The translations under genes and the position numbers were made by a program. 64,000 bases of DNA from an uncultured Hyphomonadaceae bacterium (GTDB lineage Bacteria > Pseudomonadota > Alphaproteobacteria > Caulobacterales > Hyphomonadaceae): positions 26,971-90,970 of the forward strand of contig CAYGPZ010000009.1 in the NCBI GenBank assembly GCA_964352025.1. The letters are read 5' to 3'. The notes under the pieces were generated by a model. The model saw nothing but the letters and a program-made list of their open reading frames with translations. It was not told where the DNA came from and did not search any database. Below are positions 36,072 through 46,403 of this stretch, piece by piece (the first letter of the stretch is position 1; each line of letters begins with the position of its first letter).

Positions 36072-37442
36072 CTAGTCTTTTGCCATTTTGACTTCGAGGA
36101 CTGATCCGGGCTGGATGAGGATTTCTTCTTGTCTGAGCGGGATATCAATTCCGGCTTCCTTGAATAGATCCCAGACTGATAGCATGACCGCCGAACCGAC
36201 ATTATTGATGCCGTTTTGAGGGTCTTCTATCCAGAAACGACATTCGAGTTCTACGGCTTCATCTCCAAATTCCATGACAAGACAATTAGGCGCAGGGTCT
36301 TGCAGAACGCGGTCAACTTTAGCTGCACCGTCCATGACTAGTTTGGTCGCCATACGAAGGTCAGTCTCGTACTCAACGCGCAAACGGCGTTTGACCCGCA
36401 CGCGGTTGTCTGAATAGCTCCAATTGACCACTTTATTGGTGACGAGTTCCTCGTTTGGAATCAGGTGTTCTTTGCCGTCACGGGTTATGACAGAGGCATA
36501 TCGAAGCCCTAATGAGTTCACCACACCGTAAGTTTCATCAACTTCAATAACGTCGTCTGGTTTGATGGATCGGTCCGTTAGCAAAATGATGCCAGACACA
36601 AAATTGGCCACGATTTGCTGCATACCAAATCCAAGACCAACACCTAACGCACCCCCTAAAACAGCCAAGCCACCAAGGGGAATATTTAGGGATGTCAGTG
36701 CAAGGATGACCGCGCCGAAGAATAGACCAACGTGCGTTGCATTGGATATCAGCACGCGAATAGATGGTTCAACGCGTGGCAAAGTATCTATGCGAGATCG
36801 AAGCTTTTTGGAAAGCCAGTTTGCGCCATAGAGGAATAGAGCTGAGAAAAGGATGGCTCGCACAACAAAAGGGATAGTGATTTGTTGATCGCCAAATGGG
36901 ATGCCGTGCGTATCAAGCCATGTCATTGTTGGAGACAGCAGGCCAAACACATTCAGCCCAGCAACTATCCACGCAAGCCACGTGACGGGCTTTCTATATT
37001 CGGCGGGAATGACAAACGTTGCAGCGCGAATAATGACCCACGCCAAGGCGAGAGAACTGGCCAACCTCACAAATGTTGTCGGATATCCCATGCCTTCTAG
37101 AACTGGGAGACCTATAAACATTCCCGCTAACCAAATGAGTGGGCGGACGATTTGGAGGGCTGGAGATGCAAATTTACGCGTGATGTTTTCGGGTAGTTTG
37201 GAGAGGCCCGCTCTTAGCCAACTTCTAAATATCGGAGAGATAACAATGCCGAGGAATAAAACCCCCAATATGGCTCCAAATTGAATGAGCGTTGAAGGCT
37301 GAAGAAGTTCTGCCTGTACCCAGTCTAGAACGTTTTCGCCTATTTCTATGCCGCGCTTTTTTAGATCATCTACATTTAATCCGGAAACCGCTTCGGTATC
37401 CGATTTTTGAATTTTTGCAAGGAAAGAAGATAAAAGCGACAC
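36072..37442 (-). CDS. Mechanosensitive ion channel family protein (large MscS-like)
   Basis: Multiple TM helices, then IKPDDVIEVDETYGVVNSLGLRYASVITRDGKEHLIPNEELV, the MscS beta-domain. Confidence 0.85.
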   Translation of the reverse strand: MSLLSSFLAKIQKSDTEAVSGLNVDDLKKRGIEIGENVLDWVQAELLQPSTLIQFGAILGVLFLGIVISPIFRSWLRAGLSKLPENITRKFASPALQIVRPLIWLAGMFIGLPVLEGMGYPTTFVRLASSLALAWVIIRAATFVIPAEYRKPVTWLAWIVAGLNVFGLLSPTMTWLDTHGIPFGDQQITIPFVVRAILFSALFLYGANWLSKKLRSRIDTLPRVEPSIRVLISNATHVGLFFGAVILALTSLNIPLGGLAVLGGALGVGLGFGMQQIVANFVSGIILLTDRSIKPDDVIEVDETYGVVNSLGLRYASVITRDGKEHLIPNEELVTNKVVNWSYSDNRVRVKRRLRVEYETDLRMATKLVMDGAAKVDRVLQDPAPNCLVMEFGDEAVELECRFWIEDPQNGINNVGSAVMLSVWDLFKEAGIDIPLRQEEILIQPGSVLEVKMAKD

Positions 37443-37697
37443 GAAACATGTCCTCCAGAATAGTTGCTGGAATTCTGTTTAAACTGATTTGTGCAGTAAG
37501 GAAGGGGGTAGTGTATATGACAATTGCAAAAGAGTTTTTGACAAGTCGCTTTTTTTTATTTATTCGAGCTGCACAAATTTGACACGGAATTACTATGAAA
37601 CAGCGACGAAGAAAATCTAGCTAAAATGAACGGCAAGCGTGTGACCTCTATACGTCTAGCTCTGCCAAACCGTGATTTTCTTTGAAAGTATTGCTGT

Positions 37698-38249
37698 ATG
37701 TCCGTTTCTTCTCGGATTGTTGATCCATCATTCCCATCCTTTTCCATTTGCTCTGAACGAGCTGAGCACGCCGTCGGTATTGAACAACTTTATGATCGTT
37801 GTTTCGGTCCGGGTCGGTACGCAAAAACAGCTGAACGTTTGCGGGAAGGTAATCAGTCTCTAATCGATATGTGCAAAGTCGCTGTTGATGATGATGGAAT
37901 TGTCGTAGGTGCAGTCAGATTGTGGCCGTTGCAGGTGGGACAAACAGGTCGGGCTGTTTTTGTTGGCCCTGTAGCCGTCGATAATAAATATCGTGGTAGT
38001 CGGCTTGGGCTTATTTTAACGCAGGAATGCTTGGCATTGGCGACACAAGCAGGCTGGCCGATGGCGCTTCTTATTGGAGATGAGCCATATTTTGGAAAGC
38101 TGGGTTTCTCAAGTATTGCGACTTCAGATTATATCCCGCCGGGATATGTTCCCCCAAACCGTCTTTTGGCTCTGGAGTTGGAAAAGGGTGCGCTAGAGAA
38201 AAGCAAAGGGATAATTAGCGTCCCTCGCGTCTCCATACCCAAAGCATAA
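37698..38249 (+). CDS. GNAT family N-acetyltransferase
   Basis: VGPVAVDNKYRGSRLGLILTQECL acetyl-CoA-binding motif (Q/RxxGxG/A-like). Confidence 0.75.
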   Translation: MSVSSRIVDPSFPSFSICSERAEHAVGIEQLYDRCFGPGRYAKTAERLREGNQSLIDMCKVAVDDDGIVVGAVRLWPLQVGQTGRAVFVGPVAVDNKYRGSRLGLILTQECLALATQAGWPMALLIGDEPYFGKLGFSSIATSDYIPPGYVPPNRLLALELEKGALEKSKGIISVPRVSIPKA

Positions 38250-40260
38250 GTGCAATAAGCAATCCCATTCCTAGAACACCGGGAATAAGAGCAGTCGCTT
38301 GAGATGATCTGACAGCGTAGGCTGAATTGCGCTTTAGTCCTGCCCAATTTGATCCAGTTATATCCCCTTTGGAGGATACGCGTCTGAGTTCAGGAAGGTC
38401 TGGCGTTGCTGACTCACCAATACGGAATAGTCCTCCTTTCGTCGCGTCAGCAACAGGGGCAAGAACGCGCGTTGTGGAGTCTACATTCATATATTCACGT
38501 GGGTTTGCAGGACCATTTAAAGCGACTGTCTCGACATTTCCGGAGGTTGCTTTGTACATGCCTAGATCAGAGGTTTCGACGAATGCTTCAAACAGGCCAG
38601 TTTCAGTTGCTGTCCACTGAGCTGTTAAAGTTTCACCAGAAGGCGTTGTTACTTCCAATTGGGCCGGATTGTCCGATAAGGACCTTAGGCTGGCGACCAT
38701 TTGATCTCCATTGGATGCCAATGTCAGAAGCTCTTCTTCAAGTTCAGGCTCTTTCATGAGCCAGTGAGCTGTTCGTCTGAGAAGTTCTGAATAGGGGCCG
38801 CCGCCATCATGACCACGCGCCCACATCCAAAGTTGATCAGACAATAAGACTGCGACGCGACCATCACCTACACGGTCTAACACAAGTAATGGGTCATCAT
38901 TATCTGCTTTTAGAACGGTTTCACCGGAAGCAGCCTTGGCTTCCACATAACGTTCCCAACGGCCCCAGTCTTTCTCATCAGATAGCGTAGAGGTGACGGT
39001 ATGGCGCTCTCCTAATTCTGTACGTAAAACATTGAAACTACGTTCAATTATACGTCCAGTGGGTTGGGCTGGTAGTATGGCTGCAAGCGGTGTTCGGTAA
39101 ATAGATGACGGCAATGCATAGGGTGGTCCAGTCGCAACGAGTAGAGCACCACCATCGGCGACAAATCTTGCAACGCCATCAAAATAAATCATCGGTAGAA
39201 CATTGATGCGCTTATACTGATCAAAAATTATCAGATCAAAATCATTCAGTTTTTCAACGAATAATTCGCGTGTGGGGAATGAAATCAACGCCAATTCATT
39301 TAACGGTGTTGGGTCCATTTTGTGCGGCGGACGCAAGATGGTGAAGTGCACAAGATCGACGGCTGGATCTGTCTTGAGCAGGTCACGCCATACACGAGCC
39401 CCTGAGTGTGGTTCCCCTGTGACGAGTAGGACGCGTAGTCTATCCCTGACGCCTGATATGTTGGTGGCCGTTCGGTTATTGGCGAGCGTGAGTTCGTTTT
39501 GTCCTTCTGGAACTTCAGCGACGACCAAATTGGAACCACGTCTGGGAATTTCCAATGTGATTTTGCGATTTACGCCTGTGCGAACATTTTGGATCGATAC
39601 GGTTTCACCATTGATAGATATATTGACGTTGACGGATGGAGATGAAGAATCCTCGACCCGAATTGTCAATTCAACGGCTGTTCCGACTATGCCAAAATTG
39701 GGACTAGATACAATTTCGACATGCCTATCTTGTTCGCCCTTTTCACCAACGATGAGGGAGTGAACAGGGCCTAGTGATTTCATCTCGTCTTTTGAGGCAG
39801 GTAAATCGTGGATTTGACCGTCTGTTATGAGGAAAGAACCTGCAATGCGCTCGCGTGGTGCATCAGATAGCGCTGAATTTAGCGCTTTATAGACATTGGT
39901 TGTGTCACTTTCTTCAGACGTTTTCGCGATACGTAATTCTAAATCTTCAGACGCTTCTATTTGCTGTTTTAGATCGTCGAATGCGGCTTGCGCGGTTTCA
40001 CTTCGAGATCCAAAGCCCATGCTTTCTGATTGGTCCAACACGATTGCGACGATGTCTTTTAGGCTTTCCCTTTGTTCCTTCACCCATAGCGGGTTGGAAA
40101 GGGCAATCGTGAGAAATGCAAATCCGAGCGCGCGGGTAAGCCATGCGCGCCCTCTGAGAAAAACATATAGCCCCCATATTAAAACCGAAACAGCTACAAA
40201 TCCCCATAACCAAGGCGAAGGGATGAAAGGATCAAATCCAAGACGTGAGGCTTCAATCAT
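38215..40260 (-). CDS. Membrane protein, last gene of the MoxR/DUF58/DUF4159 operon (N-terminal TMs, vWA-like start, class-I amidotransferase-like middle, C-terminal TM)
   Basis: N-terminal TM pair, DIVAIVLDQSESM (vWA MIDAS-like), LRVLLVTGEPHSGARVW...FDLIIFDQY, C-terminal TM anchor. ATGA overlap with the upstream gene. Confidence 0.65.
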   Translation of the reverse strand: MIEASRLGFDPFIPSPWLWGFVAVSVLIWGLYVFLRGRAWLTRALGFAFLTIALSNPLWVKEQRESLKDIVAIVLDQSESMGFGSRSETAQAAFDDLKQQIEASEDLELRIAKTSEESDTTNVYKALNSALSDAPRERIAGSFLITDGQIHDLPASKDEMKSLGPVHSLIVGEKGEQDRHVEIVSSPNFGIVGTAVELTIRVEDSSSPSVNVNISINGETVSIQNVRTGVNRKITLEIPRRGSNLVVAEVPEGQNELTLANNRTATNISGVRDRLRVLLVTGEPHSGARVWRDLLKTDPAVDLVHFTILRPPHKMDPTPLNELALISFPTRELFVEKLNDFDLIIFDQYKRINVLPMIYFDGVARFVADGGALLVATGPPYALPSSIYRTPLAAILPAQPTGRIIERSFNVLRTELGERHTVTSTLSDEKDWGRWERYVEAKAASGETVLKADNDDPLLVLDRVGDGRVAVLLSDQLWMWARGHDGGGPYSELLRRTAHWLMKEPELEEELLTLASNGDQMVASLRSLSDNPAQLEVTTPSGETLTAQWTATETGLFEAFVETSDLGMYKATSGNVETVALNGPANPREYMNVDSTTRVLAPVADATKGGLFRIGESATPDLPELRRVSSKGDITGSNWAGLKRNSAYAVRSSQATALIPGVLGMGLLIALMLWVWRREGR

Positions 40261-43121
40261 TGTGGATCTTGTGCCTCCTGTTGATCGCGTTGTTTGCGCA
40301 TCGATTCAAAAAAGTCATCTAAGTCTTGTGGGTTTCCTGAATCGGGTGAAGGCAGAATTGTTTTTCTACGGTTTGAATTGTTTTTCGGCTCGAAAGAGTT
40401 TTCTTGATCCAGCCTTTGTAAAAGCGCCGGAACGTGCACTTGGTCTTCTTTGTAATTTCCGGTGAGCACACACATAACCAGATTGATACCAAATCTGTAG
40501 GCGCGCTCTCTGTTTGTTTCCTGCCCATCCATAAGGTTGAGGGGACGTTTGTTTTCGTCAATCGCCCAAGCACCAATCCAGTCTGATGCGCCAATGTACA
40601 CACGAGAGACTCGATCTCCAAGTGAGTTTGCACCCTCTGAGTGGTTGGCTTCGATCCATAATTGACCGCTTGCTATCCGGCCGGGAAATTCATTCAAAAG
40701 ATAAAAGCTGCGTGAGAGAACATGGTCAGGTGGTGTCGGTTGCAGCGGCGGGACGTCTAACCCTTTCAATACATCCTTCAATCGGCTGCTAACTTTCTGT
40801 CCGGGAATCGCGTCTCGTGTGTCGATCACGAGCGAGCCGCCATTTCGAAGATATGAGTTTAATGCCTCGATTTCCTCTGGGCTAAGCGCGGCAGCATTGC
40901 GGGGTGGTGCGTAATAAATCATCGGATATAAATCCAACGGATCAACACCTAGCTTAACCGCGTGCGGAGCAGCTGGCTCTACGGATGTGCGTCTGTAGAG
41001 CTCTAAGTTCAGGCCAGTCAATCCAGCCTTGAGCTGGAGGTTGAGAGAAGGGGTATCTGTTTCAACATACGCAAAGCGCATTTGGAGAGCGGCTTCTCTT
41101 TGCTTGGCAGAAATGTCTTGTTGTTTAGCGCTTTGTGCGACAGCTGGGTCGACTGCAAAAATATAGCTCCCGAACATAACAACCATAACCGTAAGTGCAT
41201 GTCTGGAGAATTTTCTGAAACGTCCTGTCACCAGTAATGAAATAATGACGTCCACAAGAAGGAGTGCAAATGCCAACATCAAGAATATCCCCTCCAAACC
41301 TCTTCTTGTTTGGCTTAGCGCCTCTTCAAATACAAGTGCGTTTGATGGCCATTCGACTTGATTTACAGGCGCGAAATTACCGACATTTAGTGCGCGACTA
41401 CCTTGTGGGCCTTGGTATAATCCGGGGGGAGTAGCTTGCGATGGAATTGAAGTCGCGAAATTTTCTGTCGACACAGGTTTGGTATCACCTGATGGAGCAT
41501 TGAGAGCACCAAAAGCATCTAAAACGCGGTGTGGCGCTAGGTTTCCTTCATTGGAAGGCGTTTCCTGTCGTTTCCCATTTCCAGACGCTGCTGAACGTCT
41601 CAACATGGAAACAAATGCACCATCATATGGAAGGTCTGACCAAAGCGGTGTGGCTGTTACATGAAACAATATGATTGTGCCACGTCCCAGAGTTCTAGCG
41701 GTGACTAGAGGGGTGCCATCTGACAGCTTCGCCCAAGTTTTTGCTGCCAAGTCGGAAGAAGGTTGAGCGAGGACCTGTTTGCGCACCAATATAGATTCTT
41801 CAGGTGTTTTTATGCTGGCAAACGCTTTGGTTTCAGGAAATGTAGCAATTGTTTGAGGCTTTTCCCACGCCAATGCACCACCTAGTGCACGCGTTGCTGG
41901 CCGAAGTTGGGTCGGTGTTAAAATTTGCGTATTAGCAGCGGCCAGTTTGGGGCCTGCAAACCGAATAAGTGCTCCGCCGTCTTTGACCCAATCTTCAAGT
42001 TGTTTTGCTAACGGGTGATCAATGAGAGATCTGTCGCCAAGAATTATTGCATCGGGTGAACGCGCAAGCATATCTCCCAGATCGCCTTCCATTAATTGCG
42101 CATGGGGAGCGAGTGCTTTGCGCACATAATAATATTCTTCGAGCAATGGCTGATCGCTAATTGAAGGATCAGCAATTGCGACAGAAGGCGTATTAGACGT
42201 GTCATCCCACAACCAAACTTGCCCAGCAGAAGAAGAACCAAGAACTCGAAACCGAGAGACTTGGTTGAGTATCGCTGCGGGAATAGAAAATTCAGCTGTC
42301 GCCAAATCTTGGTCTGTTTCAAAAACGGCAGTCGTCGTTGCGAGGCTAAGTCCGGCGTTGTTTTCGGCAACCACTCTTGCTTCTTGACGGTCTGCGCTGG
42401 CAATTCTTTTTAATTCTACCAAAGCGCCATTGGGGACAGTTTGTGCGCTTGTGATGGCATAGCTTGCTTTGGGAGCAAAACTATAGATTTCAACATTTCC
42501 GATGTCGGACAGGTATTCTGTTAGGCCGTTGGTTCCTGTATGCTCAAAGCCATCACTCATCCACAGAATATGAGACGGTTCAAAATCTGCTTCTTGGATG
42601 AGAGATAGTGTTTCTGTGTGATTGGGAGACCAAGGCGATGGCGCTGTCAATTGCAGCCGTTTACGTAAATCTTCAGCACCTAAAGCAGTGTCCAATTCTC
42701 GTTTTAAAGACGCTGAAAATATAATCCGAATATCGCCGCCTGTATCGGTCACCTGATCTGTAGCTGAAGAAATTGTTTTCGTGATGTCGGACCATTGATT
42801 TGCACTTGTCCATCCATCATCAACAATAACAAGTGTTGATGTATTGCTGGCCACCGCGTTTTGCGGAACGGGTTGGAAGACAGGTTGAGAAAATCCAATT
42901 ATGGCTGCTGCGGCGGCGGTAAATCGCAATGCTATAATCCACCAAGGTGTATTTGCCGGTGTTTCTTCATCTGGATTTAGTCCATCCAAAAGAGCGAGCG
43001 ACGGCAGTGTAGCACGCTGAGGTGCGGGAGGTGTCGCGCGCATGAGCCAGAATATAATAGGCAGAGCGATAAGGCCTATTAGAGCCCAAGGCTGTGCGAA
43101 AAACAGAGGACCTATATTCAT
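40257..43121 (-). CDS. BatA-like N-terminal double-TM domain / DUF4159 domain protein
   Basis: The N-terminus FAQPWALIGLIALPIIFWLMR..PP resembles the aerotolerance-regulator N-terminal domain. The C-terminus (SFYLLNEFPGR...IGASDWIGAWA...AYRFGINLVMCVLTGNYKEDQVH) resembles DUF4159. Confidence 0.7.
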   Translation of the reverse strand: MNIGPLFFAQPWALIGLIALPIIFWLMRATPPAPQRATLPSLALLDGLNPDEETPANTPWWIIALRFTAAAAAIIGFSQPVFQPVPQNAVASNTSTLVIVDDGWTSANQWSDITKTISSATDQVTDTGGDIRIIFSASLKRELDTALGAEDLRKRLQLTAPSPWSPNHTETLSLIQEADFEPSHILWMSDGFEHTGTNGLTEYLSDIGNVEIYSFAPKASYAITSAQTVPNGALVELKRIASADRQEARVVAENNAGLSLATTTAVFETDQDLATAEFSIPAAILNQVSRFRVLGSSSAGQVWLWDDTSNTPSVAIADPSISDQPLLEEYYYVRKALAPHAQLMEGDLGDMLARSPDAIILGDRSLIDHPLAKQLEDWVKDGGALIRFAGPKLAAANTQILTPTQLRPATRALGGALAWEKPQTIATFPETKAFASIKTPEESILVRKQVLAQPSSDLAAKTWAKLSDGTPLVTARTLGRGTIILFHVTATPLWSDLPYDGAFVSMLRRSAASGNGKRQETPSNEGNLAPHRVLDAFGALNAPSGDTKPVSTENFATSIPSQATPPGLYQGPQGSRALNVGNFAPVNQVEWPSNALVFEEALSQTRRGLEGIFLMLAFALLLVDVIISLLVTGRFRKFSRHALTVMVVMFGSYIFAVDPAVAQSAKQQDISAKQREAALQMRFAYVETDTPSLNLQLKAGLTGLNLELYRRTSVEPAAPHAVKLGVDPLDLYPMIYYAPPRNAAALSPEEIEALNSYLRNGGSLVIDTRDAIPGQKVSSRLKDVLKGLDVPPLQPTPPDHVLSRSFYLLNEFPGRIASGQLWIEANHSEGANSLGDRVSRVYIGASDWIGAWAIDENKRPLNLMDGQETNRERAYRFGINLVMCVLTGNYKEDQVHVPALLQRLDQENSFEPKNNSNRRKTILPSPDSGNPQDLDDFFESMRKQRDQQEAQDPQ

Positions 43122-44002
43122 CTTGCGGACCCTCGATTTTCTAATGGCACACTCAACCAGTGCGCAATATGGGCGAGTGTTGGTCCAGCATTGTCTTCTG
43201 TTGAATGGAACGCAGAGTACCAGCCGATAGAGTTGGCTAATTCTTTGATTTTAGTCTGTCTTTCAGAAAAACGCGCAAGGTAATCTTGTTTGAGGTTTTC
43301 CGCGCGTCCGACTAAGCGCTCTCGTTTGTTGTTTGGAGAGAAGAAATTAATCCGGCCCTTGAAGGGGTAGTTTGCTTCAATGGGGTCATAAACCATCAGT
43401 AGGATACCGGTTTGATTATTTGAAGCGAGTTGTTGGATCCAATTCTTTGTTTCTTCCAATGGACGATAAAAATCTGATGCGATGACAATGGTCGCAGGCG
43501 TTTTGTTGACTGCTGGCAAAGCAGATGACGCGTCATTATTCCATAAATCTTCTGCGATGTTGATTGCAGCCTTAGACCCTATATTTGGCTTACGCTTGCT
43601 CCCTAAGGCACCGCAACGATCGCCTGTATTCGCTATTGTATGAGAAAGCGCCGTCAGAATTGTGAGTGCGCGACTGGCTTTAGTTGGAACATCAGGACTG
43701 CCTTTCCAATCAAAGCCATTGGATGGATCAACCCAGAAAAGAAAATTTCGTGCAGTTTCCAGCTCGGTTTCGCGAACAAAGAGTTCATCACCACGTGCAG
43801 ATCTGCGCCAATCAACTCGGTCTGCGCTGTCTTCATGACTAAATTTTCTATATTGCCAGAAGTCTTCACCCTGACCAGATTGGCGGCGGCTTGCTGCCCC
43901 TAGATGAGATGCCGAAGAGGGAGCTACTTTCATGAGTAGGTTTGGAAGCTCTTTTGCGAGAGCTTCAGCATCTGATTTTATCTGATTTAAAGGCGTTTTC
44001 AT
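43118..44002 (-). CDS. DUF58 domain-containing protein
   Basis: GEDFWQYRKFSHEDSADRVDWRRSAR motif typical of DUF58 (GE..FR.YR.Y..GD..R.IDW..SAR). Lies directly downstream of MoxR. Confidence 0.8.
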   Translation of the reverse strand: MKTPLNQIKSDAEALAKELPNLLMKVAPSSASHLGAASRRQSGQGEDFWQYRKFSHEDSADRVDWRRSARGDELFVRETELETARNFLFWVDPSNGFDWKGSPDVPTKASRALTILTALSHTIANTGDRCGALGSKRKPNIGSKAAINIAEDLWNNDASSALPAVNKTPATIVIASDFYRPLEETKNWIQQLASNNQTGILLMVYDPIEANYPFKGRINFFSPNNKRERLVGRAENLKQDYLARFSERQTKIKELANSIGWYSAFHSTEDNAGPTLAHIAHWLSVPLENRGSAR

Positions 44003-44010
44003 CAGCTGGA

Positions 44011-45000
44011 TTAGGATGCTTTTCTAGCCAGATCTGCAATTAGGTCGGAAATAGATTCACCTTGACCGGTTGGATCAAAGTTTAAGGACATTCTGTGCGC
44101 CAAAGCAGGTTCAGCGAGTGCTTCTACATCATCAATAGAAGGTGCAAAACGGCCGCGCAGTAATGCACGTGCGCGGGTTGTCAGCATGAGAGATTGTCCA
44201 GCCCTTGGCGATGGTCCCCATTCTACGCGGTTTTGAATACGAGGATCATCTGATTGTTCTGGGCGAGCCGATCTAGTGAGTTCTAAAATAGAATTAACTA
44301 CTTTTTCAGGCACTGGCATATCGCGCACAAGCTGCTGGATCATCATAAGGCGTTTAGGATCAAGCGCGGCATTGATGGTTTTGTCTGCTCCGCTCGTTGT
44401 TTCAATCAGAATTCGACGTTCGGTTTCGGCATCTGGATATCCAACATCTATTTTTAGGAGGAAACGGTCTAGCTGAGCTTCAGGAAGTGGATATGTGCCT
44501 TCCTGTTCAACAGGGTTTTGGGTGGCCAAAACATGGAATGGCGCGGGAAGGTCGTGACGAACGCCTGCGATAGTAACGTGATGTTCCTGCATGGCCTGCA
44601 AAAGAGCAGATTGTGTTCTTGGGCTGGCGCGGTTGATTTCATCAGCCATGAGCAAGCTGGTAAAAACAGGACCTTTAATAAAACGGAATGAACGTTGTCC
44701 GTCTGCTGATTCGTCCAGAACCTCAGACCCCAGAATGTCCGAAGGCATCAAATCTGGTGTAAATTGAACGCGTCCCCAGTCTAATCCCAGTGCTTTTGCT
44801 GTTGCATCTACGAGACTTGTTTTTGCAAGGCCCGGAGCACCCACTAGCAGTGCATGGCCACCTGCAAGTACGGCGGATAAAACAAGTTCGACAACATGGT
44901 CTTGCCCGAAAACGGCTTTGCCAATTTCTGTTTTGACATCTCCCAAAGCAGCGATCACTGCATCTGTATCTGCGACAATATTAGAGTTTGTATCTGTCAT
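44011..45000 (-). CDS. MoxR family AAA+ ATPase
   Basis: Walker A GAPGLAKT, Walker B LLMADEINRA, and sensor blocks ATQNPVEQEGTYPLPEAQLDRF. Confidence 0.92.
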   Translation of the reverse strand: MTDTNSNIVADTDAVIAALGDVKTEIGKAVFGQDHVVELVLSAVLAGGHALLVGAPGLAKTSLVDATAKALGLDWGRVQFTPDLMPSDILGSEVLDESADGQRSFRFIKGPVFTSLLMADEINRASPRTQSALLQAMQEHHVTIAGVRHDLPAPFHVLATQNPVEQEGTYPLPEAQLDRFLLKIDVGYPDAETERRILIETTSGADKTINAALDPKRLMMIQQLVRDMPVPEKVVNSILELTRSARPEQSDDPRIQNRVEWGPSPRAGQSLMLTTRARALLRGRFAPSIDDVEALAEPALAHRMSLNFDPTGQGESISDLIADLARKAS

Positions 45001-45076
45001 GTTGCGGGCTTCATATTATGTTAAAAGAATGTTTTAGCTAATATAGTCGGGCAAAACCAAGGCGAAGAAGGTCTCT

Positions 45077-45679
45077 ATGAAAAAAATAGATGAAGAAAGT
45101 TCAAAAGAGACGATTTCCGATCCATTACAAGCTGTTTTGGCAGCTTTGAAAACAGAGATAGGTGCAGATGGCAAAAAAAAATTACCGCCTGTGCATTTAT
45201 GGAACCCGGAAAATTGCGGCGATATTGGTATGGAAATACGCCGAGACGGCAGTTGGTGGCACGATGGCGGCATAATTGGCCGCAAGAAAATCGTGGAATT
45301 ATTCTCGACTATTCTGCGTAAGGATGATGACGGAATTTTTCTTGTCACGCCGTATGAAAAAGTGGTCGTTCACGTCGAAGATGCGCCTTTTATCGCAACC
45401 CGCATTGATAAAAAACAGATTGAGGGTGAGCAAAACCTAATCGTTACAACCAATGTTGGTGATGTTTTCGTCATCGATAAAGAACATCCACTGCGAGTGG
45501 CAACAGATGTTGAGACCGGCGAACCAGCTCCCTATGTTGAAGTAAGGCACGGTTTAGAAGCAAAAATCGCCAGAGCGCCATTTTATGACCTTGTTGAATG
45601 GGCAGAACCTTTGACGGACAATAAAATTGGTGTGTCTTCCGCTGGAAGCATATTCGAATTGGGATCGATTGAAGATTGA
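45077..45679 (+). CDS. DUF1285 domain-containing protein
   Basis: LPPVHLWNPENCGDIGMEIRRDGSWWHDG..I.R..IV.LFSTIL pattern. Conserved position upstream of the CoA pyrophosphatase gene. Confidence 0.7.
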   Translation: MKKIDEESSKETISDPLQAVLAALKTEIGADGKKKLPPVHLWNPENCGDIGMEIRRDGSWWHDGGIIGRKKIVELFSTILRKDDDGIFLVTPYEKVVVHVEDAPFIATRIDKKQIEGEQNLIVTTNVGDVFVIDKEHPLRVATDVETGEPAPYVEVRHGLEAKIARAPFYDLVEWAEPLTDNKIGVSSAGSIFELGSIED

Positions 45680-46321
45680 ATGAGTTTTACGAATAAAGAA
45701 GATTTCCTATCTCGCGCTCGCCGTCATTTAGCAGACCCATTTGATCGGCTCTATGCGAATTTAGAGCCATTGGAGCCAGAAAACCCGTTTGTTCCAGGGG
45801 ATGGCAGCGGATTACCCATTCAACGGCTAAGACCTGCTGCAGTCCTATTTGGTTTGATAGATCAAGGAGATGACTTTGGTGTCGTCTTCACTCAACGCCC
45901 TCAAACGATGAAAGCTCACGCCGGACAGATAGCACTGCCGGGCGGGAAGCTCGAGAATGAAGAAAGTGTCGCTGAAGCTGCATTGCGTGAGGCGGAAGAA
46001 GAAATTGGCGCAGATCGAAATCAAGTTGAATTGATTGGGCAAGCTGAGCCCTACCGAACTAATTCTGGTTTTTGTGTATCCTTGGTCGTCGGTCTTTTAC
46101 CACAGAATTTTGAACCTGTTCCTTGCCCGCGTGAAGTGGATGAGGTGTTTGAAACGCCTTTGTCGTTTTTGATGTCACCTGAAAACCATGAAGAGCATGT
46201 CAAAGAGTGGGGCGGAACATCGCGGCGTTACTATGCAATGCCCCATAATGGTCGATTTATATGGGGCGTAACGGCTGGAATGATCAAATCTCTGTATGAA
46301 CGCCTTTACGAAACGCCATAA
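45680..46321 (+). CDS. CoA pyrophosphatase (Nudix hydrolase)
   Basis: Nudix box GGKLENEESVAEAALREAEEEIG. The ATG abuts the upstream TGA. Confidence 0.85.
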   Translation: MSFTNKEDFLSRARRHLADPFDRLYANLEPLEPENPFVPGDGSGLPIQRLRPAAVLFGLIDQGDDFGVVFTQRPQTMKAHAGQIALPGGKLENEESVAEAALREAEEEIGADRNQVELIGQAEPYRTNSGFCVSLVVGLLPQNFEPVPCPREVDEVFETPLSFLMSPENHEEHVKEWGGTSRRYYAMPHNGRFIWGVTAGMIKSLYERLYETP

Positions 46322-46403
46322 ATTGGGGCACATATTACATTATATTTAGTCAATATTTGGCATATAGATTGAATGTCTTAGGCCAACAGACAAGGAATTT
46401 TGT

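Noticed and set aside
38215-38249. A 35-nt convergent overlap between the GNAT gene and the last MoxR-operon gene.
   Set aside because: Short 3'-3' overlaps occur naturally. No frameshift signal is visible, and both C-termini look complete.
39272-40465. Plus-strand ORFs (39272..39763, 39896..40465 and others) inside the MoxR-operon genes.
   Set aside because: They are antisense shadow ORFs within long, motif-supported minus-strand genes.
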